Shown: piece by piece, positions 18,581 through 29,099 of the stretch
Layout of the letters: each line of letters starts with the position of its first letter
Position numbering within the stretch: the stretch's first letter is position 1
Assembly (NCBI GenBank): GCA_040901675.1
Contig: JBBDYJ010000014.1
Span: 8,559-72,558 of the forward strand
Source: Pirellulales bacterium
Lineage (GTDB): Bacteria > Planctomycetota > Planctomycetia > Pirellulales > JAICIG01
DNA: 64,000 nucleotides
Direction of reading: 5' to 3'
Notes under the pieces: model-generated
Databases searched by the model: none
What the model was told of the DNA's origin: nothing
Seen by the model: only the letters and a program-made list of their open reading frames with translations
Translations under genes and position numbers: made by a program

Positions 18581-19852
18581 TCAGGCGGTCCCGGCGGGCT
18601 TGACGTCGGCCACCGCCGGCTCCTGCGGCTCGCCCGACAGGCAACGCCCGATCTGCCGCACCGCCTGGCGGAGGCGATTCTCGTTCTCGACCAGCGCCAT
18701 CCGCAAATACCCTTCGCCGGCCGGGCCGAATCCCGAACCAGGGCTGACCGCCACGCCGGCTTCGTCCAGCAGCTTCATGGCGAAGTCCATCGTGCTCATC
18801 TCGCCCGCCCAGCGGTCCGGAATCCGGGCCCACACGAACATGCCGGCCCGCGGCGGACTGATCTGCCAGCCCAGACGCGCCAGCCCCTCGCACAGCACGT
18901 CGCGGCGGCTCTGGTAAATGCCCGCCTGGGCCTCCACGGCGGCCTCCGTGTGCCGCAGCGCCATGATCGCGGCAATCTGGATCGCCTGGAACATCCCGTA
19001 GTCGTAGTAGGCCTTGATCGTGCCCAAGGCCTTGAGCATCTCGGCGTTGCCGGCGCTGAATCCGACCCGCCAGCCGGCCATGTTGTAGCCCTTGCTCATC
19101 GTGGTGAATTCGACCCCCACGTCGATGGCCCCCGGCGCGGCCAGAAAGCTGGGCGGCTGGTAGCCGTCGAAGGCGATGTCCGCATAGGCCAGGTCGCTGA
19201 TCACCATGAAGCCGTACCGCTTGGCCAGCTTGACCACTTCCACAAAGAACTCCGGCTCGACGGTGACGCTCGACGGATTGTGCGGGTAGTTGATGATCAA
19301 CAGCTTCGGCTTGGGAAACAGGTGTTGGCAGGTGAAGGCGATCTTCGACAGAAACTGTTCGCTGTCGGCCACTTCCAGCGCGATCGCGTTGCCCGAAGCC
19401 AATGCCACCGCGTACACGTGCACCGGGAAATAGGGGGCCGGCACGATGGCCGTGTCGCCGGGGCCCATCAGGGCCAGGCACATGTGGCTGAAGCCTTCCT
19501 TGGAGCCCAGGCAGACCACGATCTCGCGCTCGGGGTCGAGCCGCACGCCGTACTTGCGGAAATACTTTCCGGCCACTTCGCGGCGCAGATTCAGAATGCC
19601 CAACGACTGGCTGTAGCCATGGTTGCGCGGATCGCGGGCCGCCTCGACCAGCTTTTCGATCACCAATTGCTGGGGAGGCTCGGAGGGGTTGCCCATGCCC
19701 AGGTCGATCACGTCGTCGCCGGCCCGCCGCTTCTGGTACAAAAGCCCGTTGATCCGGCCAAACAGATAGGGCGGCAGGCGGTGCATACGGTCCGCCAGCT
19801 CCACCTTGAACGGCTGCTGGGGCACCGCGTCAGCGATAGGCTCGGGGTCCAT
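18581..19852 (-). CDS. PLP-dependent class I/II aminotransferase (AlaC/LL-DAP-like)
   Basis: [37 protein letters not shown]. Confidence 0.9.
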   Translation of the reverse strand: MDPEPIADAVPQQPFKVELADRMHRLPPYLFGRINGLLYQKRRAGDDVIDLGMGNPSEPPQQLVIEKLVEAARDPRNHGYSQSLGILNLRREVAGKYFRKYGVRLDPEREIVVCLGSKEGFSHMCLALMGPGDTAIVPAPYFPVHVYAVALASGNAIALEVADSEQFLSKIAFTCQHLFPKPKLLIINYPHNPSSVTVEPEFFVEVVKLAKRYGFMVISDLAYADIAFDGYQPPSFLAAPGAIDVGVEFTTMSKGYNMAGWRVGFSAGNAEMLKALGTIKAYYDYGMFQAIQIAAIMALRHTEAAVEAQAGIYQSRRDVLCEGLARLGWQISPPRAGMFVWARIPDRWAGEMSTMDFAMKLLDEAGVAVSPGSGFGPAGEGYLRMALVENENRLRQAVRQIGRCLSGEPQEPAVADVKPAGTA

Positions 19853-19899
19853 AACCCTTAACCATACCCCGATTTGGCGCCAGCGAAAAGGATGTCGGA

Positions 19900-19962
19900 A
19901 GGCAGAAGGAGGAAGGAAGAAGGCAGAAGGAGGAACGGCAGAAGGCAGAAAGCAGAAGGGAG
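19900..19962. repeat. Degenerate heptamer tandem repeat (AGGCAGA/AGGAGGA type)
   Basis: 7-nt periodic purine-rich tract. Similar tracts at ~130-160 (reverse complement), 2551-2583, 37655-37682 and 56518-56595. Confidence 0.75.
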
Positions 19963-20074
19963 GAATCGGACCCGCGACGGCCGTCTAGGCCGGTCCGCCC
20001 GCATAACTTCCCTGACCGGCACAAACCGAGCTGCCCAAGCTCCAAGCTCTAAGTGCTAAGCTCCAAGAGCTAGC

Positions 20075-21979
20075 CTACGATCTCTGCGCCGGGCCGGCAG
20101 GCCTGCCTCCCTTGGCGCCCAGCGGAAGGCGCGACTTGACCGGCGCCTTCGACGTGCCCGCCAGGTAGTTGTCGATTTGGGCCTCGTCCTCGAGCCGCGT
20201 GAACTCCTCGGCCATCACCAGCCGCAGCTTCTTCTCGTGCAGGTCTTCGTAGATCAACTGCTTCACTTCGTCGAAGCTGACGTCGATAGGCTGCGTATGC
20301 CCCTCGCACAATAGGATGACGTACTTGTCACCCACCTGGACCACGCCGGAGAGTTCCCCCTCCGCCAGCGAGAAGGCCTCTTGCTCCAAGAGCGGCTGAC
20401 CGCCGTGCCGCTGGATCGGCGGCACCTCACCCTGCAGCGCACGGCTGCCCGGCTCGACGGAGTACTGCTCGGCCAGTGCTCCGAAGCTTTCCACTCCCGG
20501 GTTGTCGCGGGCCAGCTCCCACACCTGCTGCGCCTGCCGCAGTTGGCTCAGCACGATGGCCCTGCAGCGGACGCGCGGACCGTAGTTGGCCTCGTAGCTC
20601 TTGTGCATGTCGTCCTCGGTGATCTGCACCTTCTTGCCGACCAGCTTCTTCAAGGCCGCCGTCGGCCAGACCTCATCCTGCCGGTACGTTTCCAACGACA
20701 GCTTGTGCACGTCGACCACTTCCCTCAGCCAGGACTTGACGTCGGGCATTCCCATGGCCACGGCGGCCCTGGCGATCTCTTGCTCCATGTCCCGCTCGGT
20801 GACTTCGACCTTGTTGCGCTGGCAAGCCTGGACGAGCAGCCGCCGCTTGATCATGTCGTCCAGCACCTCCGTGCCATGCCGGGCCAGGCACTCGTCGGCC
20901 AACTCGCGGACCGTCATGGCCTGGCCGTTGACCAGGGCGGCCACGCCCGGCTGCGCGTCCCGCTTGGCCGGGTCGTTGTACACGTTTTCCACTTGCGACT
21001 GCTTCTGCAGCTTGTCGAACACGTCGTCGGCCACCAACCGCAGCTTCTTGTCGCGGATGCTGTCGATCAGTACCTTTTCGACCTGGGCCAACGGGACCCC
21101 CTTGGCCTGCTGAATCGACTCGCACTTGAGGATCAGGTACTGCTGGCCCACCTGGATCACGTGGGAGATGTCGCCCTCGGTCATGCTGAAGGCGGCCTGT
21201 TCGATGTTCGGATCTCCCAGGTGCTTTCGAATGGGCAAAATCAGTCCCTTAGCGCTGGCGCTGGGGTCCTTGGAATACTGCTTGGCCAGGTTGCCGAACT
21301 CGTCGGGATCCTGGACGGCCATGGCCCGCACCCGCTCGGCCTCTTCGGCGCTGTCGCAGGCGATCAGCCGCGTCTGCACCGCCGGACCGTAATAGGTTTG
21401 ATAGGCCCGCTGCACGTCGGCGCGGGTGACTTGGAGCTGCTCGTCGGCCAGCTTTCTCAGCGCGATCATCGGCCAGATGATGTCCTTGGCATACTGTTGC
21501 GGGTTGATCTTGCGTTCGTTTTCGAGCATCTTCAGCCACTGGTCGGGCGGTAGGCCGAAACGCTGCGCCATGCGGTCGATCTCGTCCTGAACTTCCTTCT
21601 TGGTGACGCTGACCCCGCGCTCGCGGCAATGCTGTGCGATCAAGCGCTTGTTGATCAGCATCTCGAGCACTTCCTCGCCATACAGCCGCAGGCACTCCCG
21701 CGCCAGGTCGTTGCGCGTGATGCGCTCGGCGTTGACCACCGCCACCACTTCCGGAATTTCGCTTTTGGCCGGCGCGGCGGCCTTGGCTGCTTTTCTAGCC
21801 TGGTTCGCGGCAGGCGCCTGCCGCGCATCGGCAGGCTCGGCGATCGCGGCCGCCGGTTCCCAATACACGCGTGCGGCGACGCACGCGCCCACCACGGCCA
21901 CGGCCGCCAGCGACCAGCCCAGCGGTCGCTTCCAGCTTCTCCTTGGGGGGCGGGCAACCTCATGCTGCGATTCGCTCAT
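20075..21979 (-). CDS. Peptidylprolyl isomerase (PpiC/SurA/PrsA-like, two parvulin modules)
   Basis: N-terminal TM anchor, duplicated VAVVN..I-T / FGxLAxQYS / EQxAFS parvulin motifs. Start set to ATG 21979. Confidence 0.88.
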   Translation of the reverse strand: MSESQHEVARPPRRSWKRPLGWSLAAVAVVGACVAARVYWEPAAAIAEPADARQAPAANQARKAAKAAAPAKSEIPEVVAVVNAERITRNDLARECLRLYGEEVLEMLINKRLIAQHCRERGVSVTKKEVQDEIDRMAQRFGLPPDQWLKMLENERKINPQQYAKDIIWPMIALRKLADEQLQVTRADVQRAYQTYYGPAVQTRLIACDSAEEAERVRAMAVQDPDEFGNLAKQYSKDPSASAKGLILPIRKHLGDPNIEQAAFSMTEGDISHVIQVGQQYLILKCESIQQAKGVPLAQVEKVLIDSIRDKKLRLVADDVFDKLQKQSQVENVYNDPAKRDAQPGVAALVNGQAMTVRELADECLARHGTEVLDDMIKRRLLVQACQRNKVEVTERDMEQEIARAAVAMGMPDVKSWLREVVDVHKLSLETYRQDEVWPTAALKKLVGKKVQITEDDMHKSYEANYGPRVRCRAIVLSQLRQAQQVWELARDNPGVESFGALAEQYSVEPGSRALQGEVPPIQRHGGQPLLEQEAFSLAEGELSGVVQVGDKYVILLCEGHTQPIDVSFDEVKQLIYEDLHEKKLRLVMAEEFTRLEDEAQIDNYLAGTSKAPVKSRLPLGAKGGRPAGPAQRS

Positions 21980-22249
21980 GGCTTCTCCGTAAACCGTGTG
22001 CGCATGGCCCTTTACTGCCGACGCCAGGTGCGCCGACTCCGTAGCGGGCGCGGGAGTATAGGAACGCCCCCCCCTAGGGTCAAGGTCGCTTGGTCGCCTG
22101 CGGCGATCGGGTTGATAGCGCTCGGGGATAGGCTTGAGGATGTAGCCCTGGATGTTGAGCTCGATCGCCTTGAACAACGTCCTGCGGGTGCCCGGATCAT
22201 CGATCGTGCGACCGGCTGATGAAGCGAACCAGCCACGCCGCCTTGGCCG

Positions 22250-22936
22250 CTATTTGCCGCGGCGGCTTGCGCGTTTGCGGATGCGGCCGGCGGCACACCC
22301 GCCCACGACCACTAACGACCAAATGCCAAGCGAAGCGGGCTCGGGAAGTAGGTTAGCTTGCTCTAATTCGCCGACCGCCACCCGAAGTTGCCTTAGGTCC
22401 GCAATCTGGTTTGCGTCCTCGGTTTCGATGGTCAGCGATCTGAAAAGCTCGCCGTTGGTGCCGATAACGCCAAAGAACCCTGACCCGGAAGCATCGAACG
22501 ATTCGCTCAGCGGCACGCCGCCGGAGTCCATCCCGTCCACCGTAATCGTGAAGTTGGCGGCGCGGTCCTCCGTCTTGATATGGAAGGCGAATGCGCTAAA
22601 GAACTCGGTCTCGTCGTTCGGCGAGATGGTTGCAAAGCCGAACGACCCGTCCTCGGCATCAATGAATGCATGGCCGGATGCTTCGACTGTCAGCATCTCG
22701 TCACCCGTGATGTCAAAGATTCGGTCGCTCTGGTGCGTCATCCCCTGCACCGTGATACCATCCTCGATGAGCGGGCCGTCCTTATCATCCAGCAGAATAT
22801 TCTCCCGATCCATTCCGAACGTGTTCAGGTCCGACTGGAATTCTCCGAAATTGTCGTACATCACGACGGCCGCTTCGCTTGAGCCGCCAAATGCCGCACA
22901 CCACAGCAGCCCGGACAGCAAGATGAATCGCTGCAT
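22250..22936 (-). CDS. PEP-CTERM sorting domain protein
   Basis: Signal peptide, acidic body, C-terminal LPEPASL-hydrophobic stretch-RIRKR. Confidence 0.88.
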   Translation of the reverse strand: MQRFILLSGLLWCAAFGGSSEAAVVMYDNFGEFQSDLNTFGMDRENILLDDKDGPLIEDGITVQGMTHQSDRIFDITGDEMLTVEASGHAFIDAEDGSFGFATISPNDETEFFSAFAFHIKTEDRAANFTITVDGMDSGGVPLSESFDASGSGFFGVIGTNGELFRSLTIETEDANQIADLRQLRVAVGELEQANLLPEPASLGIWSLVVVGGCAAGRIRKRASRRGK

Positions 22937-23137
22937 TCCTAAACCCTTTGTTTCAAGTTCGTCTATCAGGTCTATCTATTCTATTGCCCGCAGAATGCCC
23001 AATCCTGACATTTTCCATCGCCACCCGCCCGTATCCCCCACCGGCTTCCAGCGTGCCGACGGCAGCCCTGCGTGCGTCTTCGGCGGCTGCACCGTCATGC
23101 TCGGCCTGCCGGCGGCACGGCCATTTGACGTGCCGGA

Positions 23138-24532
23138 TCACTTCTCCGCATCCCGCACCGGGCGGTGGCGCGGGATCTCGGCCTTGAAGTCGCCCAGGCT
23201 GTTCCAGTGCAGCCGCCGGTCGAGGTCCACCTCGGCGACCGCGACTGTTCCCCACTCGGAGGCCTGCGCGATCGTGTTGCCGGCGTGATCGTAGACGGCG
23301 GTGATCATCCAGTTGCGCGAGACGTCTTCGTAGGTGCTGCTCACGAGCGTGACGTGGTTCTCGCACGCGCGGGCGGCGGCCAGCATCGGGTTGCAGCCCC
23401 AAACGGGCCAGGCGATCACCTCGGCGCCGTTGTTCGTCAGGCCGCGGGCCACTTCCGGGAAGAAACCGTCGTAACAGACCATCATTCCCAGCTTGCCGAA
23501 ACGCGTCTGGAACACGGGCAACTCGTCGCCGGGGGCACAGCCGGCTTCGATCTCTCCACGCGGCAGGCAGACCTTGCGGTACTTGCCGGCGATTTGGCCG
23601 TCCGGACCCAAGAGCACGGCCACGTTGTAAATCAACGGACCCTCGCGCTCGATCAGGCCTGCCACGATGTACAGCTTGTGCTTGCGGGCGAGCCGGCCGA
23701 AGAATTCGCTGGAAGGCCCCGGCAGCGGTTCGGCGCACTCGGCGTAGCTACGGCCGGTGCCGACGTAGGTCAGGGTCTCGCCGAGCACGACGAGGTCGGC
23801 CTTCTGCCGGGCGGCCTCCTCGATAAGCGGCACGAACTGAAGGCGGTTCTCGTCGGGCGTCGGGCCCTTGGGCACGTAGTGAACGGCCGCCAGCCGCACC
23901 CGGCGACCGGGCGGTGGCGAGGTCTCGGCCAACGACACCTCACTCCATTCGATCTTGCCGCCCGGCGCCCACTGGCCGTGCAAGGAGACTACCGCGCGCG
24001 TCGCCTTGGCCGGTGCCCGGTACACATCGGAGACTTCCGTCCAGCCATGCTCGTCCGTCTCCTTGTCGGTCGGAAACTCCGGCTCGGCGGTCGGCGTCCA
24101 GCCGATGAGATAGCCCTGGACCGCCGGCTCGTCGTGCGGGACCTTTTGCCCCTTGTCGTCCTGCCACAGGATCTGCGCGACGGCGCTGCGTCGAGGCACG
24201 GCCACGTCCTCGACCCGCCGCATGGCATGGAATCGATAGTGTTGCCCGCCCTGCACCGCAAACGTCTTCCTCCAATAGCCGTGCAGACCAGGGCGCTCGT
24301 CGTGCACGATCACGAAGCTGCCGTCGCCGGCCCGTCCGCCCTTCGGATCGTAGGCGAACCGGGGCCGGATCTCATCGCGCGGCGCACCCGTTTCCCAGCC
24401 GTCCGGTGCAGCATCGATGGCCGAACGTTTTCCCAGCGCGTCGCCAGGCGCGGCCGGCTTTTCCGCTGCCGCGGCGACCAGGCACACGGACAGGCCTACG
24501 ATCCACGTCAAAGACTGCTGGGCTAGTTTCAT
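23138..24532 (-). CDS. Secreted carbon-nitrogen hydrolase (nitrilase family) with extra N-terminal beta domain
   Basis: Catalytic triad motifs [19 protein letters not shown], and ARACEN. Signal peptide present. Confidence 0.9.
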   Translation of the reverse strand: MKLAQQSLTWIVGLSVCLVAAAAEKPAAPGDALGKRSAIDAAPDGWETGAPRDEIRPRFAYDPKGGRAGDGSFVIVHDERPGLHGYWRKTFAVQGGQHYRFHAMRRVEDVAVPRRSAVAQILWQDDKGQKVPHDEPAVQGYLIGWTPTAEPEFPTDKETDEHGWTEVSDVYRAPAKATRAVVSLHGQWAPGGKIEWSEVSLAETSPPPGRRVRLAAVHYVPKGPTPDENRLQFVPLIEEAARQKADLVVLGETLTYVGTGRSYAECAEPLPGPSSEFFGRLARKHKLYIVAGLIEREGPLIYNVAVLLGPDGQIAGKYRKVCLPRGEIEAGCAPGDELPVFQTRFGKLGMMVCYDGFFPEVARGLTNNGAEVIAWPVWGCNPMLAAARACENHVTLVSSTYEDVSRNWMITAVYDHAGNTIAQASEWGTVAVAEVDLDRRLHWNSLGDFKAEIPRHRPVRDAEK

Positions 24533-24588
24533 GTTTGTCCCTCTGTTGGCAGGAGCATGTGCACGTTCGCGCGCCGCAAGGGGTCATT

Positions 24589-25785
24589 CTAACGCACCCG
24601 CGTCCCCGTAGCGACGCAACGCTCCCGGCGCCACTCGACGACCGCGCCGGTGGGACTTTCCGCCTCATCGTTCGGGCGGCCGTGCGTGCCGCTGAACACG
24701 AGCAACACCGACTGCATCGCCTGGAGCTTCAGGTCATAAACGGCGTACCCGTCGGCCGTCGCCGCTCCGCGCAACGGGCGCGTGGCGTTTTCCTGGATCA
24801 AGTGCACCGCCTCCCACACGCCCGCCAGACGAATCCGCGCCCGACCGTCCTCGACTGCTTCGACCGTTCCCGTGAGCCGAGCCCGCTTCGCGTCCTCCGG
24901 GCGCGGCATCGCGCTCTGGTCGCTGCTGGGAATCAGCACGCGGCAGAAGTGGCGCGCGACCGCCTCCGGCACGGACCACGTCGTTCCCACCTCGGCCTTC
25001 GGCGGCGCCAGAGTCGCCCATTGCTCGGCGTCCAGCGTAAGGCTATCGATTACCACGGGGCCATCGGGACGTAGCGGTCCGTCCCAAATCCAGGCCCGCG
25101 AATCGGGCACGCCGGCCGGCGCTCCCCCGCCCAGCATTTGCCGCGCATAGATGGCCAGGCACACGTGGCCGCCCGGCTGCACGCCGCGGCCGCGAAAAGC
25201 GAGCGGATTCGTCGCTTTCACCTGGCGCGGCGGCCTCGGGCCGAACGTTCTCGCGGCCGCGTCCATGGTCCCGAGCACTTCCTGGGTCCAGGTCTCGTGG
25301 CTCTTGATGTCGTGATGGGCCGCGAGCACTTTGCCCTGCGGCGAGACGATCCAGATGCCCTGATACTGGTCCTTCTGGCGCTGGACGGAGCGGAACAGCT
25401 CGCCGCCGGCATCTTCGGCGGCGCGGACCTTGTATAGGTTGACGGCGACCGGCACGAAATCGGTCGTGACTCGCCGAATTACGGCGTCATCCGACAGAGG
25501 GCCCGCACGGAGCCCGGCGGCGTATCCTCAGCATCGTTCCAACGGGTCGTCGCCCGTGACCCAGAGGAAGATCGGCCGATCCTCTTGCCGCGCCAGCCGC
25601 TCTCCCTCCGCCAGGTCGAGCAGCCAGGGAATCCGCTGCCAGCGGAGTTCCTCAGCGGACGGCTTGATGACCGCCGCCCGCTTTTCCAGCGCGTCGCGAA
25701 ACGCCGCCGGCTTTTCCGCCGCCGCGGCGACCAGGCACGCCGACAGAACCACGATCCACGTCAAAGAGCGTCTGACCAGGTTCAT
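24589..25785 (-). CDS. Candidate secreted selenoprotein, thioredoxin/SelN-like fold, C-U motif (Sec at codon 86, TGA 25528-25530)
   Basis: ORFs 25528..25833 and 24589..25455 are in frame across a single TGA: ...RPIFLWVTGDDPLERC-U-GYAAGLRAGPLSDDAVIRRVTTDFVPVAVN. SECIS-like hairpin follows after 12 nt. Confidence 0.8.
25499..25515 (-). promoter_or_regulatory. Putative bacterial SECIS hairpin
   Basis: GGGCTC-CGTGC-GGGCCC begins after a 12-nt spacer from the TGA, with the same geometry as the fdnG hairpin. Confidence 0.7.
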
Positions 25786-25841
25786 TGTTTGTCCCTTCGT
25801 TGGCAGGATGCTGTGCGTGTTCGCGCGCCGCAAGAATCATT

Positions 25842-27872
25842 CTAACGAAACCGGATCCCATAGCGACGAACCACGACGAGCCAGTCTTCGTTCTCATCGG
25901 CGGGTGGCTGGCCGAGCGACACCCGGCCGCCGCCTTGGACCCGCGCCACGCTGCCCCCCTGCAACCCGCCGCCCAAGCGCGGGTTGAACCACGCGACCGT
26001 AAAAGCATCCCGCTCGCCCGTGAGATCGAGTTGGGCCGTACCTCCCTGCGGTAGATAAACCAGGTACACGTTTCCGCGCTGGGCGAAACAGTATTTGCTG
26101 TTGTCGTTCTTCGCGTTGCCGACCAGCATGTTGTGGTTGCTCATCTCCCAGAACGGAATCTTGTGCTCGCGGAAGAAATCGAGCGCGATGCGGCAGTAGT
26201 CCCACGACTTGTCGCGGCTGCGAAAATCTTCGCAGCCGAGGTCATTGTGCGCAAGGTCGTAGCCGAAGTAGTACTCCACGCCGGCGCCCCCGGCCATCAG
26301 ATGGCCCCACAGCGTCAGCTTGCGAACGTCGTGGAGATCATAGCCCGCCTCGCCGGCCTTGCTCCGAGCCTTGCCCTCGAAGTCCTGGTAACCCGGGTCG
26401 GGCGGAACGCCGAGGTTGGCTGGCCCCTGCTCGTCGTTGGCGACGACCCACGGCTTGCCAGCCCCTGCGGATTGTTTCACCCATTGGAGCGTGCGTTCGT
26501 GCGCCTCGTCCCACCGGTTCTGCAGCGAGGCCCCCGTGAGAACGGACTGCTTGCCCAGCAGTGGCAAGTACACCCGGTCCTGCTCGCCTGGGAAAGTGTG
26601 GACGACGATGGGGTGGTCGTAGGGGTCGGTTTCCCGGACGAATTGCGCCATCTCGCGCTGCTCCTGGGTGGACTGGGTGTTCTCCTCGCCGAGGTTCCAG
26701 TTGAGCGCCAGGGCATGGCCGAAGCGGGCGATCAGTTCGCGGCAGTAGAGCTTCCGCTCTGGTCCGAGCCGTCCGCCGTCGAGCGACTCGGGCACCGCGC
26801 CGCTTTCGCGCTGGTCGCCGCTGCGGTCGTCGTCCATCTCGGTTTCCTGGAGCTTGAAGTGCAGGTAGAGGCCGAGCTGCGTGGCGTGATCGAAGACAAT
26901 GCCCCACTGGTCGAGCTTCGAGCAGTCATAGTGCAGCTTGTCGTCGCGCGCCACGAACGGCCAGACGTTGTCGCCGTCGCCGCCGGCGTTGTAGGGGAGA
27001 AACGAGATGGAGTTACCACCCTTTCCGGCCAGGTAGTTCAACGCGCCGACGAGGCCCTTGCCCTTGCCGTCCTTCCACGTCGGGTCGCCGGAGCTCCAGT
27101 CTTTCACGTGCGGTTCGTAGCGGTGCAAGCCGGTGGGAGCCGCTTCGCCTGGGCGACGCGGGATGCCCGGCTGCCCAGACCGCGTGCCGTCGAAGTCCTC
27201 GTACGCCAGCAAGGTTTCCGGCGAATCGGCGCCGGCCTTGATGAAATACTCGCCCGCGCCGGCGAACCGAAGGTAGTGCTTGCCGACGTACTGCAAGCGG
27301 CCCTTGGCACGGAAGTCGCGCCCTTGCTTGTCCGTTGGCGCGATCGTAAACGCGCCCGTGCGGCCGTCGAACGGCTTCGCGGGCTCGCTCTTCGCGTCGC
27401 TGACGGCGATGCGATCGCCCTTTGCTAAAGAGACGGCGTAGTGCCATCGGCCCGGCTTGTCCGGCGAGAGATGCGCACGCCATTTCGTGCCGGATTGAGA
27501 GGAAGTTGCCGCGGCATTGCCATCGGCGGCGAAGTAGCCGGGTACGCAATACGACGGCGAGCCACTCTCATGCCTGAAGGTGACCGCGAGCCGGTAATCG
27601 GTGAACGGATTGGGATTGTCGTCGAGCTCGTGGGCGAAGGGGCCGTCGAGCGTCAGCGTAACTTTGTGCCACTGCTTGAGTTCGCCGCCGATTTCCACGC
27701 CGCCCATCCCGTCTGGCTGACGCGGCTGGACGGGCGGGGAGCCGCTGAGGTTGCCGGCACCTGGGTTGACCTGCGGGCGAACCGTTGCAGCCGGCGGTTC
27801 GGCTCCCCGTGCGAACATTGCCGATGCGATCAAGCCGAGTCCAAGAAGCAATCGCTGGACGGGAGAAACCAT
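25842..27872 (-). CDS. Secreted DUF5060 / DUF4038-like glycoside-hydrolase-fold protein with C-terminal collagen-binding-like domain
   Basis: Signal peptide, WHKVTLT, PGYFAADG, WNLGEEN, DPYDHP, WFNPR and DW motifs. Confidence 0.75.
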   Translation of the reverse strand: MVSPVQRLLLGLGLIASAMFARGAEPPAATVRPQVNPGAGNLSGSPPVQPRQPDGMGGVEIGGELKQWHKVTLTLDGPFAHELDDNPNPFTDYRLAVTFRHESGSPSYCVPGYFAADGNAAATSSQSGTKWRAHLSPDKPGRWHYAVSLAKGDRIAVSDAKSEPAKPFDGRTGAFTIAPTDKQGRDFRAKGRLQYVGKHYLRFAGAGEYFIKAGADSPETLLAYEDFDGTRSGQPGIPRRPGEAAPTGLHRYEPHVKDWSSGDPTWKDGKGKGLVGALNYLAGKGGNSISFLPYNAGGDGDNVWPFVARDDKLHYDCSKLDQWGIVFDHATQLGLYLHFKLQETEMDDDRSGDQRESGAVPESLDGGRLGPERKLYCRELIARFGHALALNWNLGEENTQSTQEQREMAQFVRETDPYDHPIVVHTFPGEQDRVYLPLLGKQSVLTGASLQNRWDEAHERTLQWVKQSAGAGKPWVVANDEQGPANLGVPPDPGYQDFEGKARSKAGEAGYDLHDVRKLTLWGHLMAGGAGVEYYFGYDLAHNDLGCEDFRSRDKSWDYCRIALDFFREHKIPFWEMSNHNMLVGNAKNDNSKYCFAQRGNVYLVYLPQGGTAQLDLTGERDAFTVAWFNPRLGGGLQGGSVARVQGGGRVSLGQPPADENEDWLVVVRRYGIRFR

Positions 27873-27995
27873 GGCATCCTCCGATCATCGCGGGGCATAG
27901 AAGCGCCTCCGTTGTACTCGACTCGGCAATTCCGCACCACGATAATGACGGTCCCGGATCATCTGGATGATTTGACCAAGCTTCGCCCGCCGATC

Positions 27996-29099
27996 ATGGA
28001 CAGTTACCGAATCGCCGTGTTACCGGGGGATGGGATTGGGCCGGAGGTGATGGCTCCGGCCGTCGCCGCGCTGCGGGCCGCCGCGGAAGCCGGCGGCTTC
28101 CGGCTTGAGTTCACGCCCCACAAGGCCGGCGCAGCCCATTACCAAGAACACGAAGAGGCGTTGCCCAGCTCGGTCCGCGACGACTGCCTTGCCGCCGATG
28201 CGGTGTTCCTGGCCGCGATCGGCCTGCCGGACGTGCGGATGCCGGATGGGACCGAGGTCGCGCCGCTGATGATGGTCGGGCTGCGGCGGGCAATGGGACT
28301 GCACTCGGCCCTGCGGCCGATCAAGCTGTATCCGGGCGTGCCGTCTCCACTGGGCGACGTGGCAAAGGGGATCGACTTCGTGATTGTCCGCGAAAACCTG
28401 GAAGGGCTGTTCGCGTCGTTCGGCGGCGGGGCGATGGTGGGCGATGCTGTCGCCACGGATACGCTCGTGATCACGCGCGACGGCACGACCAAGGTGTGCG
28501 AAACCGCCTTCCGCCTCGCGGCCCGCCGGAGTGGCCGCCCGCTCGACGGGAAGAAACTGGTCACGGGTGTGGACAAGGCGAACGTGTTCCGCAGCTTTGC
28601 CTTCTTCCGCAAGGTGTTCCAGGAAGTAGCGACCCGGCATCCCAACGTAGCGGCGGAATCTACCTATGTGGACGCGGCGAGCCTCTACATGGTTCAGAAC
28701 CCGCAAGCGTTCGACGTGATCGTCACCGAGAACCAGTTCGGCGACATCCTGTCTGATCTGGGGGCAGCGCTTGTCGGCGGGCTGGGACTTGCGCCGTCGG
28801 CGGAGATCGGCGAGTATCATGGGTTGTTCCAGCCCTCCCACGGGACCGCGCCGCAGCTCGCAGGGAAGGACGTGGCCAACCCGCTCGCCACCATCCTGAG
28901 CGGAGCCATGCTGCTTGACTGGCTGGGCGAAAAGCACGGTGACGAGGCGGCGTCAGCGGCCGGCGGCCGGATCGAAGCGGCAGTCGCCAGCGTGCTGGCG
29001 GATGGCTCGCTCCGCACCCCGGACCTCGGTGGAACCAGCGGCACGCGAGCCGTCGGCCAGGCGGTTGTCGAAGCCATCCGCAGCGGAGCGAAGTCGTGA
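27996..29099 (+). CDS. Isocitrate/isopropylmalate/tartrate dehydrogenase family protein
   Basis: IAVLPGDGIGPEV, VRENLEG, DKANV, NQFGDILSD, HGTAP, ANP. Start set to ATG 27996. Confidence 0.9.
   Translation: MDSYRIAVLPGDGIGPEVMAPAVAALRAAAEAGGFRLEFTPHKAGAAHYQEHEEALPSSVRDDCLAADAVFLAAIGLPDVRMPDGTEVAPLMMVGLRRAMGLHSALRPIKLYPGVPSPLGDVAKGIDFVIVRENLEGLFASFGGGAMVGDAVATDTLVITRDGTTKVCETAFRLAARRSGRPLDGKKLVTGVDKANVFRSFAFFRKVFQEVATRHPNVAAESTYVDAASLYMVQNPQAFDVIVTENQFGDILSDLGAALVGGLGLAPSAEIGEYHGLFQPSHGTAPQLAGKDVANPLATILSGAMLLDWLGEKHGDEAASAAGGRIEAAVASVLADGSLRTPDLGGTSGTRAVGQAVVEAIRSGAKS

Noticed and set aside
27441..27995. N-terminal extension of the dehydrogenase ORF
   Set aside because: Overlaps the divergent DUF5060 gene; family similarity begins at MDSYRIAVLPGDG.
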